A stretch of 64,000 bases of DNA. Origin: an uncultured Chloroflexia bacterium (GTDB lineage: Bacteria > Chloroflexota > Limnocylindria > Limnocylindrales > CSP1-4). Below are positions 10,096-18,760 of the stretch, in pieces. Position numbers and translations under genes: made by a program. The notes beneath the pieces were generated by a model. The model was given only the letters and a program-made list of their open reading frames with translations. It searched no databases and was not told where the DNA came from. The stretch lies in assembly GCA_963749705.1 (NCBI GenBank), contig CAVVNQ010000015.1, positions 64,001-128,000 on the forward strand, in the 5' to 3' direction. Position 1 is the stretch's first letter. The number at the start of each line of letters is the position of its first letter.

Positions 10096-10962
10096 TCAGC
10101 AGCAGCCGTCGGTCACCACCGGCAGCGCGCGCGCCGAGCGCAGCGAGGCCGGGATCCCCCGGATGGCCGCGCCCATGGCGACCTCGCCCACCGCGGGCCG
10201 GCGCGCCCGGATGATCGCCGCGTACATGCCATCGGCGACCGCGTGCGTGGCGGCGATCTCGACATCGGTCAGGCCGGCGCGCTCGAGGCCGGTCGCGTAC
10301 TCGCTGAACGACAGAGCACCGGCGATACAGCCCGCGAACGAGCCGCGCGCCTCACGTTCGGTCTCGGTCAGGCGGTCGTCGGCCACCACGTCGCTGACGC
10401 CCACCCGGCCGCCGGGGCGAAGCACCCGTGCGATCTCGGCGAACACCGCCGACTTGTCGGCCGCGAGGTTGATCACGCAGTTGCTGATCACGACGTCCAC
10501 GCTGGCGTCGGCCAGCGGCAGCGATTCGATCGTCCCCTGGAGGAACTCGACGTTGGTCGAGTCCGCTGCCGCGGCATTGCGACGGGCGAGCTCGAGCATC
10601 TCGTCGGTCATGTCGACGCCGATGGCGCGGCCGGTCGGCCCGACCCGCTGCGCGGACAGCAGGACGTCGATCCCGCCGCCCGACCCGAGATCGAGGACGG
10701 TCTCACCGGGCCGCAGATCGGCCACGGCGGCGGGGTTGCCGCAGCCCAGCGACGCGAGGACCGCCGGTCCCGGCAGGGCGGCGAGATCCAGGGGCGCGTA
10801 GCGGCCGGCGCCCCAGCGGCCGGAATCCTGGGTCAGGGTCACGGCCGCATCGCCGCATTCGCAGCCCGAGGCGCAGCACGCGTCGTCGGTCGACGCATCC
10901 AGCACCTCGCGGGCGGCGGCGGCGTAGTGGTCTCGGACGGTGGCGTGGATCTGCTCGGTCAT
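10096..10962 (-). CDS. arsM: Arsenite S-adenosylmethionine methyltransferase
   Basis: [35 protein letters not shown]; N-terminal CC/CxC and C-terminal CC. Confidence 0.93.
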   Translation of the reverse strand: MTEQIHATVRDHYAAAAREVLDASTDDACCASGCECGDAAVTLTQDSGRWGAGRYAPLDLAALPGPAVLASLGCGNPAAVADLRPGETVLDLGSGGGIDVLLSAQRVGPTGRAIGVDMTDEMLELARRNAAAADSTNVEFLQGTIESLPLADASVDVVISNCVINLAADKSAVFAEIARVLRPGGRVGVSDVVADDRLTETEREARGSFAGCIAGALSFSEYATGLERAGLTDVEIAATHAVADGMYAAIIRARRPAVGEVAMGAAIRGIPASLRSARALPVVTDGCC

Positions 10963-11022
10963 GGGTGTCCTCGGCAGGGGATCGATCGCGGGGGGAATGG
11001 AGATGGGGCCGCGGGTCGCCGG

Positions 11023-11202
11023 TCAGCAGGCGACCGGCTGGCGGTGACCGCCGCGGACGGCGTCGACGAACAGCCGGACCGTGCTCGGTCCGTCCTTGGC
11101 TCGGCATCGCCGTGACAGCTCGGCGGTCCGGGACTGCCGGCTCCGTGCGGCTTCGGTGAGGATCTCGCGCTGGCGCGCGATGGCGTAGGTTGCGTCGTAC
11201 AT
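11023..11202 (-). CDS. Small hypothetical protein (59 aa), first gene of the arsM transcript
   Basis: MYDATYAIARQREILTEAARSRQ..., AAGGAG RBS upstream, lies between the promoter and arsM. Confidence 0.55.
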   Translation of the reverse strand: MYDATYAIARQREILTEAARSRQSRTAELSRRCRAKDGPSTVRLFVDAVRGGHRQPVAC

Positions 11203-11248
11203 CGTGGTCCTGGTGCTCCTTGCGAGGCTGTCGCCATCGGTCGTGGTA

Positions 11249-11290
11249 TTTATACTTGTCAATATAGATGGTTGTCAATAGGCTTGTCCA
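11249..11290 (-). promoter_or_regulatory. Divergent arsM/arsR promoter-operator
   Basis: AT-rich island; minus strand TTGACA-N18-TATAAA; ttgtcaata repeated at 11256 and 11272. Confidence 0.65.
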
Positions 11291-11291
11291 C

Positions 11292-11672
11292 ATGAAGCGC
11301 GCAACCGACCCGGACATCCGCCTGCTCCAGGCGGCCGCCGATCCGACCCGGCTCTCGATCCTCCGCCAGCTGCGCACCGCGGACTCCGTGTGCGCCTGCG
11401 ATTTCACGGCGTGCTGCGACGTGGCCCAGCCGACCGTCTCGCACCACCTCAAGGTGCTGCGCGAGGCAGGGTGGGTGACCAGCGAGCGGCGCGGCAGCTG
11501 GGTCTACTACTCGCTCAACCCCGAGGCGTCGGAGCGGTTCGGCGCGCTGGCCCGCGATGTTGCGCCTGCAGACGGCGGTCGGGCACCCGCGGACGGCGGC
11601 GAGCCACCGTCGATCCCGGCTGGCGGACCGTCCGGCCGGGCACGGCCATTGCGCGTGCTCGAGCGCGCCTAG
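11292..11672 (+). CDS. arsR: ArsR/SmtB family metalloregulator
   Basis: ADPTRLSIL, VCACDFTACC, AQPTVSHHLKVLREAG, RRGSWVYY; divergent from arsM. Confidence 0.9.
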   Translation: MKRATDPDIRLLQAAADPTRLSILRQLRTADSVCACDFTACCDVAQPTVSHHLKVLREAGWVTSERRGSWVYYSLNPEASERFGALARDVAPADGGRAPADGGEPPSIPAGGPSGRARPLRVLERA

Positions 11673-11753
11673 CGGGCTTCCGCCCGCGCCCCGGCGCGGC
11701 GCCCCGGCGCCGCCGCTGCACGCGAGTTGACGACCTGCCCGAGAATGGCGCCC

Positions 11754-12020
11754 ATGCCCGACATCCACCCGCTCCCGACCCCCGACATCGTCACCGTGTA
11801 CGGGGCCGACTGGTGCGCGGACTGCCGGCGGGCCAAGCGGTATCTCGAAGCGACGCAGATCCCGTACCGGTGGATCGACGTCGACGCGGATCCGTCGGCG
11901 CAGGCGCTGGTCGATGCCGCGGGCTACCGCGCGATCCCGGTCGTCGTCACGCCCACCGGCCAGGTGCTCATCGAGCCGTCCAACGACGAGCTCGCGAACG
12001 TGGTCGGGTCCGCCGCGTAG
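11754..12020 (+). CDS. Glutaredoxin/mycoredoxin-like protein
   Basis: VYGADWCADCRRAK, IDVD, IPVV, LIEPS. Confidence 0.85.
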   Translation: MPDIHPLPTPDIVTVYGADWCADCRRAKRYLEATQIPYRWIDVDADPSAQALVDAAGYRAIPVVVTPTGQVLIEPSNDELANVVGSAA

Positions 12021-12192
12021 GACACGATCGGGCGACAGACCACCCGGGGGGGACCTCGATCACCGTCCCGGAGCGCGCCGGTTGGGAGCGTGCGGCCCAC
12101 CGGACGACGGCCCGATGCTGGCCCTGATTGGCCCTCGACGCGTACACTCGTTCTGGCCGAAGGCCTTGCCGGCCCGGCAGAACGAGGTGTAC

Positions 12193-12444
12193 GTGACAAA
12201 GCGATCGAGGCGTGAGCGCGAGCAGCGCGCTCGTGAGACGGGACGGGTCAAGGAGATCGAGGCCGCGTGGTCGGCGAGCGTGCCGGCGGACGTCGCCAAG
12301 GCATTCGCGGCCTCCGTGGCAGCTGCCAAGGAGCGGGGACCGCTCCCGCCGCAACCCGACATGGCGCCCGGCACCGCACCCAACCCTCCGCGCCGCGAAC
12401 CGCGGCCGGTGAAGGTTGAAGAGCGTCCGAGGAGAGGCCGCTAG
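12193..12444 (+). CDS. Small hypothetical protein (basic, Pro-rich C-terminus)
   Basis: GAGGT RBS before GTG; coherent high-GC3 frame; stop abuts the next start. Confidence 0.6.
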   Translation: MTKRSRREREQRARETGRVKEIEAAWSASVPADVAKAFAASVAAAKERGPLPPQPDMAPGTAPNPPRREPRPVKVEERPRRGR

Positions 12445-12750
12445 GTGGGGGCGAAGAAGCGGCGGGTGTTCATCCCGCCCAAGCGGACGCCGCCGAGGGT
12501 GCAACCCGGAGGCGAGAACGGTGGCCGGCCGGCGGCGCTGTCCATCAACCTCACGGCGCTCGAAGGTCGCTCCGGCCTCGCCGTTGGCGACCGCGTCCGG
12601 ATCCTCGGTTCAGGGCTGTATGCGGGCGAGGTCGCCACGATCGAGCGGATCGCCGGTGGCGTCGTTCCGGCGGCCGCGGTCAGGACCGAAGCGGGCCGCA
12701 CACGCACGGTTCGCACCATCGACCTGGAGCCCATCGGCGCCAACGCCTGA
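12445..12750 (+). CDS. Small KOW/SH3-like domain protein
   Basis: LAVGDRVRILGSGLYAGEVATIERI resembles the KOW motif. Confidence 0.6.
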   Translation: MGAKKRRVFIPPKRTPPRVQPGGENGGRPAALSINLTALEGRSGLAVGDRVRILGSGLYAGEVATIERIAGGVVPAAAVRTEAGRTRTVRTIDLEPIGANA

Positions 12751-12848
12751 CGTCATCGGCGGGGTGAATGCCCCGGAACCGTGACGGACCGGTCGCCCCG
12801 GTCACGATGATCGAGGCCGGCGGTTGCGCCGTCCTGCCGGGGCGCGCG

Positions 12849-13208
12849 CTATTCGATCAATTCCTCGTCCAGCCGGACCAGCAGCGCGTAGGCGTCGTCG
12901 CCCAGGAACGCGCGAGCGGCGGCCTCGGTCTCGGATGCCGCCGCCTCGCCCTCCGCGTCCTCGGCCTCCACGTCGCCCCCGGCAAGGACGCTGAGCACGC
13001 GCGACGGGCCGGGCTCCACGGCCCACTCGTCGCCCGTGTCGGGGTCGACATCGAAGAACGTCACCGATTCGATCTCGTAGGTCGCGCCGTCCGGACGCGT
13101 GAGCGTGCACGCCCACGCGCCATCCTCATCATCGGCCGCGCGGATGGTGAGGGACAGGCCGAGCGAGCGGAACAGCTCGCCCAGCGAGTCGGGGGTCGCC
13201 GATGTCAT
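12849..13208 (-). CDS. Acidic hypothetical protein
   Basis: GAGGTG RBS before ATG 13208; typical codon bias. Confidence 0.65.
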   Translation of the reverse strand: MTSATPDSLGELFRSLGLSLTIRAADDEDGAWACTLTRPDGATYEIESVTFFDVDPDTGDEWAVEPGPSRVLSVLAGGDVEAEDAEGEAAASETEAAARAFLGDDAYALLVRLDEELIE

Positions 13209-13310
13209 GAACGTCACCTCGGGGGGCGTGGTCGGCTGCAACCGTACTACCCGGAGGCGACGCGCGAGCGGCCACCGCACGCGGGACCGGGCTCAACTAT
13301 CCTCAGCGCC

Positions 13311-14624
13311 ATGACGCACGACACGAGGGTGGCCGTGATCGGCCTCGGATATGTCGGGCTGCCGCTCGCGATCGCGTTTGCCGAGGCCGGTCTCGATGTC
13401 GAGGGCCTCGACGTGCTGCCCGCCCGCGTGGCCGAGCTCAACGCTCGCCATTCGCCGATCGACGACATCTCCGATGACCGGCTGGCCGCCGCGCTCGCCG
13501 GCAGGCTGCGGGCCGTCGGTCTCGATGACGCGCGGATCGGCGACGCCGACGCGGTGTTCGTGTGCGTCCCGACCCCGATCACCGGCACCAAGGATCCCGA
13601 TCTCGGGCCGGTGCTCGCGGCAGCAGCCGTCATCCGCGGGTCGCTGCGCAGCGGCCAGCTGATCGTGCTCCAGTCGACGACGTACCCCGGCACCACCAAC
13701 GGACCGTTTCGTGCCGTGCTCGAGGAGAGCGGCCTCGTCGCGGGCCGCGACTTCGACCTCGCATTCGCCCCCGAGCGCGTCAACCCGGGCGACCCGGCCA
13801 GCTCCGCGCGGGATGTGCCCCGGCTGGTGGGCGGGCTGACACCCTCGGCAACCGCGCGCGCCGCCGCGCTCCTGCGCCACGTCAACGACCGGGTCGTCGA
13901 GCTGTCATCGCCGGACGCCGCCGAGATGGCCAAGCTGCTGGAGAACACGTTCCGCAACGTCAACATCGCATTCGTCAACAACCTCGCCCTCCTGGCCGAG
14001 CGCATGGGCCTCGACATCTGGGAGGTCATCGACGCGGCTGCGACCAAGCCGTTCGGGTTCATGCGCTTCACGCCCGGCCCGGGCGTCGGCGGCCACTGCA
14101 TCCCCGTCGATCCCTACTACCTCTCGTGGCGCGCCCGCGAGTTCGACTTCACCGACCGGTTCATCGAGCTCGCCGGCGACATCAACCTCGCGATGCCACG
14201 GCACGTCGTCGAGCTGGCGGCCGAGGCGCTCAACGATCGAGGGCTGGCGCTCAAGGGCGCCAAGGTCGGGGTGCTCGGCGTGGCGTTCAAGCCGGACGTC
14301 CACGACGATCGCAACTCGCCGGCCGCGGCGGTCCTCGCCGGGCTCGCTGCCCGGGGTGCCGATGTCAGGTTCCACGACCCGCATGTCGGCCAGTTCGGCG
14401 ATGAGGACGGGGTCGTGCGGCAGAGCACGCCGCTCGACGCGCTGCTCGCCTGGGCCGACGTGATCGTCATCGTCACGGCCCACCGAGCCATCGACTGGGA
14501 CGTGGTGTTCGACCGCGCGGACCTGGTGCTCGACACGGTCAACCGCTCGGCGGGCCGGGTCACGCGTGAACGGCAGGTGCTCAGGCTGGGTGCCGGCTGG
14601 CTGGCCCCGGCGATCCCCGGCTGA
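13311..14624 (+). CDS. Nucleotide sugar dehydrogenase (UDP-GlcNAc/ManNAc 6-dehydrogenase family)
   Basis: VIGLGYVGLP, CVPTP, STTYPGTT, PERVNPG, KLLENTFRNVNIA, GVGGHCIPVDP. Confidence 0.95.
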   Translation: MTHDTRVAVIGLGYVGLPLAIAFAEAGLDVEGLDVLPARVAELNARHSPIDDISDDRLAAALAGRLRAVGLDDARIGDADAVFVCVPTPITGTKDPDLGPVLAAAAVIRGSLRSGQLIVLQSTTYPGTTNGPFRAVLEESGLVAGRDFDLAFAPERVNPGDPASSARDVPRLVGGLTPSATARAAALLRHVNDRVVELSSPDAAEMAKLLENTFRNVNIAFVNNLALLAERMGLDIWEVIDAAATKPFGFMRFTPGPGVGGHCIPVDPYYLSWRAREFDFTDRFIELAGDINLAMPRHVVELAAEALNDRGLALKGAKVGVLGVAFKPDVHDDRNSPAAAVLAGLAARGADVRFHDPHVGQFGDEDGVVRQSTPLDALLAWADVIVIVTAHRAIDWDVVFDRADLVLDTVNRSAGRVTRERQVLRLGAGWLAPAIPG

Positions 14625-14681
14625 CGGGACCTTCGCGACCGGGGGCCGGCCCGGAGGGCGGGCCGATGCTCCGCGACCCGC

Positions 14682-14713
14682 GCGCCGCAACGACCACGCG
14701 CCGCAACGACCAC
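14682..14713. repeat. Tandem duplication, 16-bp gcgccgcaacgaccac x2
   Basis: Read directly upstream of the FAD oxidoreductase. Confidence 0.85.
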
Positions 14714-14745
14714 GCGCCCGACCCGGCGGTCGATACCATGCCCAC

Positions 14746-16137
14746 GTGCGTGACCCCGCCTCCGTCTCGTTCTGGCTCGAGACCTCGCGCGACGACCTGA
14801 CGCCGCGTCCGTCGCTGGACGGTTCCATCGATGCCGACGTCGCGATCCTCGGCGCGGGCCTGACGGGCCTGTGGACGGCCCGCTACCTCAAGCGCCGGGA
14901 CCCGTCGCTCGACATCGTCATCGTGGAGCGCGAGGTCGCCGGGTTCGGGGCGTCCGGGCGGAACGGCGCCTGGTGCGCGCCGGATCTCAACATCTCGATG
15001 ACCCGCCTCGCGCGGCTGCACGGGGAGGACGCCGCACGCCGGATGCAGCAGGCGACGTACGACGCGGTCGACGAGGTCGGCCGGGCGTGTGCAGCCGACG
15101 AGATCGACGCCGGGTATCACCGGGGGGGCCAGATCGAGGTCGCTCGCGGGCCACAGGGCGTGCCCGCACTCGAGCAGGCGCTGGACGAGTACCGGCGGTT
15201 CGGGTTCGGTGAGCGCTACCGGCTGCTCGACGCCGGCGAGCTGTCGCAGCGGATCCGGATCGCCGGCGCGGTCCGGGCGCTCGTCTCCGACGACACCGCG
15301 GTGGTCCATCCCGGCCGCCTCGTCCGCGGCCTTGCGCGGGCCGTCGAGCGCCTGGGCGTCCGGATCGTCGAGGAAACCCCCGTGACAGGATTTCGAGCCA
15401 GGGGTGCCTCGGGTCGTGCCGCGCTGGTGACGCCGCGCGGCGACGTCCGGGCGCCGGTGGTCGTGCTCGCCGGTGAGGCGTACCTGACAGAGCTGCCGCC
15501 GCTCCATCGACAGCTGGTCCCGCTGTGGTCGCTGATCGTCCTGACGGAGCCGCTGTCCGAGGGCCAGTGGGCGGAGATCGGCTGGGCGAACCGCGAGGTC
15601 GTGGCCTCCACGCGGCTGTCGATCGACTACCTGTCGCGGACCGAGGACGGCCGGATCCTGTTCGGCGGTCGAGGGGCTCCGTACCGGTACGGCTCACCCA
15701 TCCGACCCGAATACGACCGCCACCCGCCGACCCACGAACGGCTCAAGGCGTTCGTGCGCGAGTGGTTCCCGGGTCTCGACGGGATTCGGTTCACGCACGA
15801 GTGGGGCGGGCCGCTGGGAATGCCACGCGACTGGCATCCGACGATCGCGTTCGACCCCGGCTCCGGCATCGCGACGGCCCGCGGGTACACCGGGCACGGC
15901 GTGTCGGCGACCAATCTCGCGGGCCGGACGCTGACCGACCTGATCACCGGCACGCGGAGCCCGCTCACCGAGCTGGCGCTGGTCAACCACCGGTCGCCCG
16001 ACTGGGAGGTCGAGCCGTTCCGCTGGATCGGCGTCAGGTACACGCAGTGGGCCATGGGCCGGCTCGACGACCAGTCCGCGCGCACGGGACGGGCCCCGAC
16101 CGGTCGCAGCATCGCCGAGCGCATCGCCGCGCACTGA
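14746..16137 (+). CDS. FAD-dependent oxidoreductase (DAO/PuuB family)
   Basis: DVAILGAGLTGLW, GFGASGRNGAW, VHPGRLVRGL, GYTGHGV. Confidence 0.92.
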   Translation: MRDPASVSFWLETSRDDLTPRPSLDGSIDADVAILGAGLTGLWTARYLKRRDPSLDIVIVEREVAGFGASGRNGAWCAPDLNISMTRLARLHGEDAARRMQQATYDAVDEVGRACAADEIDAGYHRGGQIEVARGPQGVPALEQALDEYRRFGFGERYRLLDAGELSQRIRIAGAVRALVSDDTAVVHPGRLVRGLARAVERLGVRIVEETPVTGFRARGASGRAALVTPRGDVRAPVVVLAGEAYLTELPPLHRQLVPLWSLIVLTEPLSEGQWAEIGWANREVVASTRLSIDYLSRTEDGRILFGGRGAPYRYGSPIRPEYDRHPPTHERLKAFVREWFPGLDGIRFTHEWGGPLGMPRDWHPTIAFDPGSGIATARGYTGHGVSATNLAGRTLTDLITGTRSPLTELALVNHRSPDWEVEPFRWIGVRYTQWAMGRLDDQSARTGRAPTGRSIAERIAAH

Positions 16138-16185
16138 CGAGACGCGCCCGGCACGCGTTGAGCGCCCCCCGGCCCGGTCCCGGAC

Positions 16186-16372
16186 CCCGTATGCGTAGCA
16201 CGCTTACCCGCCTTCGGAATTGCCCGCGACGGTCCGGCTCCAGGCCTCCCGAGCACTGTCCATTCGTGGTACGCATGCGGGCGATGCCACACGAGGTCTG
16301 GCGCGACGTAGGGCAGCGCCGGCGGGCGCGCCCTCGCGATCCTGCGGCCCGCCAAGCGTGGTACGCATAGGC
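16186..16372. repeat. Intergenic element with three related copies of cgtggtacgcat (one inverted)
   Basis: cccgtatgcgtagcacg (16186) is complementary (15/17) to cgtggtacgcatgcggg (16265); third copy at ~16358. Confidence 0.65.
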
Positions 16373-16495
16373 CGGCGGGCTGCCCGGCGAGCCGCCCGAA
16401 GCCCGGCGAGCTACCTGGCGGGCACGCGGTCGCGGCCCGAAGCCCGGCACGTCGCCCGAGAGGTGCCCGCGACCCGCTGATCCCCCTCGCCAGGC

Positions 16496-16987
16496 CTAGT
16501 ACGTGAGCTCGGCGATCAGCCTGCGCTCCGCCCGACGCACCAGCGAGTCCGGCGCCTCGCGCGACTTCGCGCTTGCCCAGCCGAAGCTGAAGCGCACGAT
16601 CCCGCGGACCTCGGGCAGGCCGCGCGGCGCCGCCTCGCGCACGCGCTCGACGAAGTTGATCGCCGCGATCTCGTCGGTCTCGGTGAGGACGATGCCGAAG
16701 CGACACACGTCGATCCGCGCACAGTAGTCGCTCGCCCGCGCCTCGCGCCGCAGCATCTGCGCCGTGTGCCGCAGGACCCGGCGCCCGACGTCCTCGCCAT
16801 ACGCCTCGACGACGGCGTCGATGCCTTCGACCTGGGCGACGCACACCGTGAGGTCGCGGCCGTACTTGGTGGTCCGTGCCGTCTCACTGATCAGGACACG
16901 CTGCCAGAAGCGCGGGCCTTCGAGGCCGGTCAATGGGTCATCCCAGCCGGCGGGCATGGGGACGAGGACATCATCCACGGCTGGCAT
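16496..16987 (-). CDS. Stand-alone degenerate GGDEF-domain protein
   Basis: DPLTGL, YGEDVGRRVL, RASDYCARIDVCRFGIVL (GGDEF replaced), VRFSFGWA. Confidence 0.85.
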   Translation of the reverse strand: MPAVDDVLVPMPAGWDDPLTGLEGPRFWQRVLISETARTTKYGRDLTVCVAQVEGIDAVVEAYGEDVGRRVLRHTAQMLRREARASDYCARIDVCRFGIVLTETDEIAAINFVERVREAAPRGLPEVRGIVRFSFGWASAKSREAPDSLVRRAERRLIAELTY

Positions 16988-17310
16988 GTGCTCCCTGTGC
17001 GGCGCGTGTGAGGGGACGCGGCGCGGCGATCCGCGGTCACGTCCCCGAAGCTCCCCCCGGCTACATGGTCCGGGTGGTGGTGCGGCGATGCCACGGGTCG
17101 AATGGGTGCCGGCCGATCGCCGAAGGTCACCCTCCGGCAGGGAAGCGCCGTCAAGCCCGTCCGTCCGCGCGGTGCGGTCCCGCCTGCGACGCCATCGGCC
17201 CGATGTGGGTGGAGGCCGCCCGGCCCGGTTTCGGGCCGCGAGATGGACGGTGCCGGACGGGCGGATCGAACCCTGCCGGACGTGACCGTCGGCCCGGGGC
17301 ACGACGGTCG

Positions 17311-17330
17311 ATGCGTAATACATTACGCAT
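17311..17330. promoter_or_regulatory. Perfect palindromic operator atgcgtaat-ac-attacgcat
   Basis: 9-bp perfect inverted repeat ending directly at the MarR start codon. Confidence 0.75.
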
Positions 17331-17939
17331 ATGCTCGATCCCACACCCGAGCGGCCCCCGGGACCCACCGCCGCCGACCCTCGCCCCGAGCTCTTCGGCT
17401 CGCTCCTGGTGCTCGTCCAGCACCTCACCCGCCGGCTCGACGAGGCGTTGATCCCGCTCGGGCTGACGTCCCGCCAGTGGTTGCTGCTCGCCGTCCTCGA
17501 GCGGTGGTTCGGCGATCGATCGGCCGCGTCCGTGGGGCAGGAGACCGGAGCCGCGTCCGTGGGGCAGGAGTCCCGGGCCCCGTCGTTGACCGAGGCCGCC
17601 GCCCGCTACGGGTCGTCGCGCCAGAATGTCAAGCAGGTCGCCCTCGGTCTCGAGCGTCGCGGCTTCCTGCGCCTGGTGACCGATCCGAACGACCGGCGCA
17701 CGACGCGCCTGGCCGTGACCGGGAAGGTCGGCCAGGTCTTCTCCGCCCCCGAGATCGTCGAGCAGGGCGACGTGCTGCTGCGCTCGTTGTTCGCCGACCT
17801 TGACGATGGCGAGCTCGAACAGCTGCACGCCCTGGTCGTCACGTGGCTTGCCCGCGTCGGCGATCACGCCCTCGAGGCATCCCCCGGCGAGCCCGGCTCG
17901 CCACCAACGCCCATTTCCTCGGAGGAGGCACGCCCATGA
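17331..17939 (+). CDS. MarR family regulator with internal 9-aa duplication
   Basis: GLTSRQWLLL, YGSSRQNVKQVALGLERRGFL, DPNDRR. Confidence 0.9.
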   Translation: MLDPTPERPPGPTAADPRPELFGSLLVLVQHLTRRLDEALIPLGLTSRQWLLLAVLERWFGDRSAASVGQETGAASVGQESRAPSLTEAAARYGSSRQNVKQVALGLERRGFLRLVTDPNDRRTTRLAVTGKVGQVFSAPEIVEQGDVLLRSLFADLDDGELEQLHALVVTWLARVGDHALEASPGEPGSPPTPISSEEARP

Positions 17940-18760
17940 CCTCGTCACGCATCGCCAACGGCCTCGCCGTCGGCGCCACCGCGCTCGCCGCGGTTGCCGC
18001 CGCCGCCGGTCTCGCCACCGACGTCTATCGCGACGTCCCCGCCATGGTCGACCAGGCGCGGGCCGCCGACCTCGCGACCCTGTTCCTCGCGGTCCCGACG
18101 CTCGCAATCGCCCTGTGGATGGCGAGTCGCGGTTCGGATCGCGCCCGGCTCGTCGCCGCGGGCTCGCTCGGCTATCTCGTGTACACGTACGCCATCTTCT
18201 CGTTCCAGGTGGTCGTGAGCCCCGTGACCCCGCTGCATATCGCGGTCCTCGGGCTCGCGGCATGGGCGCTCCTGCTCGGGGCACCGGCGCTCGCGCGCGA
18301 GACCACCGGGATCGGCGCGGGCCTGCCCCGGCGCACCACCGCCGGGTTCCTGGCCCTGGTCGCCGTCCTGTTCGCCGCCCTGTGGCTGGGCCAGATCGCC
18401 TCCGCGATCACGACCGGCGCGCTGCCGGCCGCCGTCGCGGACCTCCACCTGCCGACCAGCGCCGTGTATACCCTGGACCTCGCGTTCGCCCTGCCGCTGC
18501 TCGGGCTCGGTGCCTGGCGGCTGGCGCGCAACCCCGAGGCGGGTTACCCGCTGGCGCTTGCCGGCCTCGTGTTCGCCGTCCAGATGGCGATCAGCGTGTT
18601 CGCCCTGTTCCTCATCCAGGCCGCCAGCGATTCGCTCGGTGACCCGTCGGTGGCCGTCGTGTTCGCGATCATCGCGCTCATCGCGGCCGTCCTTGCCACG
18701 CTCGGCCTGATCGACCGCCCGGGCCGCCGATCGATGAAGCTCGCGGGGGCCGCCCGATGA
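17936..18760 (+). CDS. Polytopic membrane protein
   Basis: About 8 hydrophobic segments, ATGA coupling, GGAGG RBS. Confidence 0.8.
   Translation: MTSSRIANGLAVGATALAAVAAAAGLATDVYRDVPAMVDQARAADLATLFLAVPTLAIALWMASRGSDRARLVAAGSLGYLVYTYAIFSFQVVVSPVTPLHIAVLGLAAWALLLGAPALARETTGIGAGLPRRTTAGFLALVAVLFAALWLGQIASAITTGALPAAVADLHLPTSAVYTLDLAFALPLLGLGAWRLARNPEAGYPLALAGLVFAVQMAISVFALFLIQAASDSLGDPSVAVVFAIIALIAAVLATLGLIDRPGRRSMKLAGAAR

Noticed and set aside
16200-16260. c-di-GMP-I riboswitch near the GGDEF gene
   Set aside because: Only superficial GGGCAA similarity, lacks the GNRA/receptor layout, and lies downstream of both flanking genes
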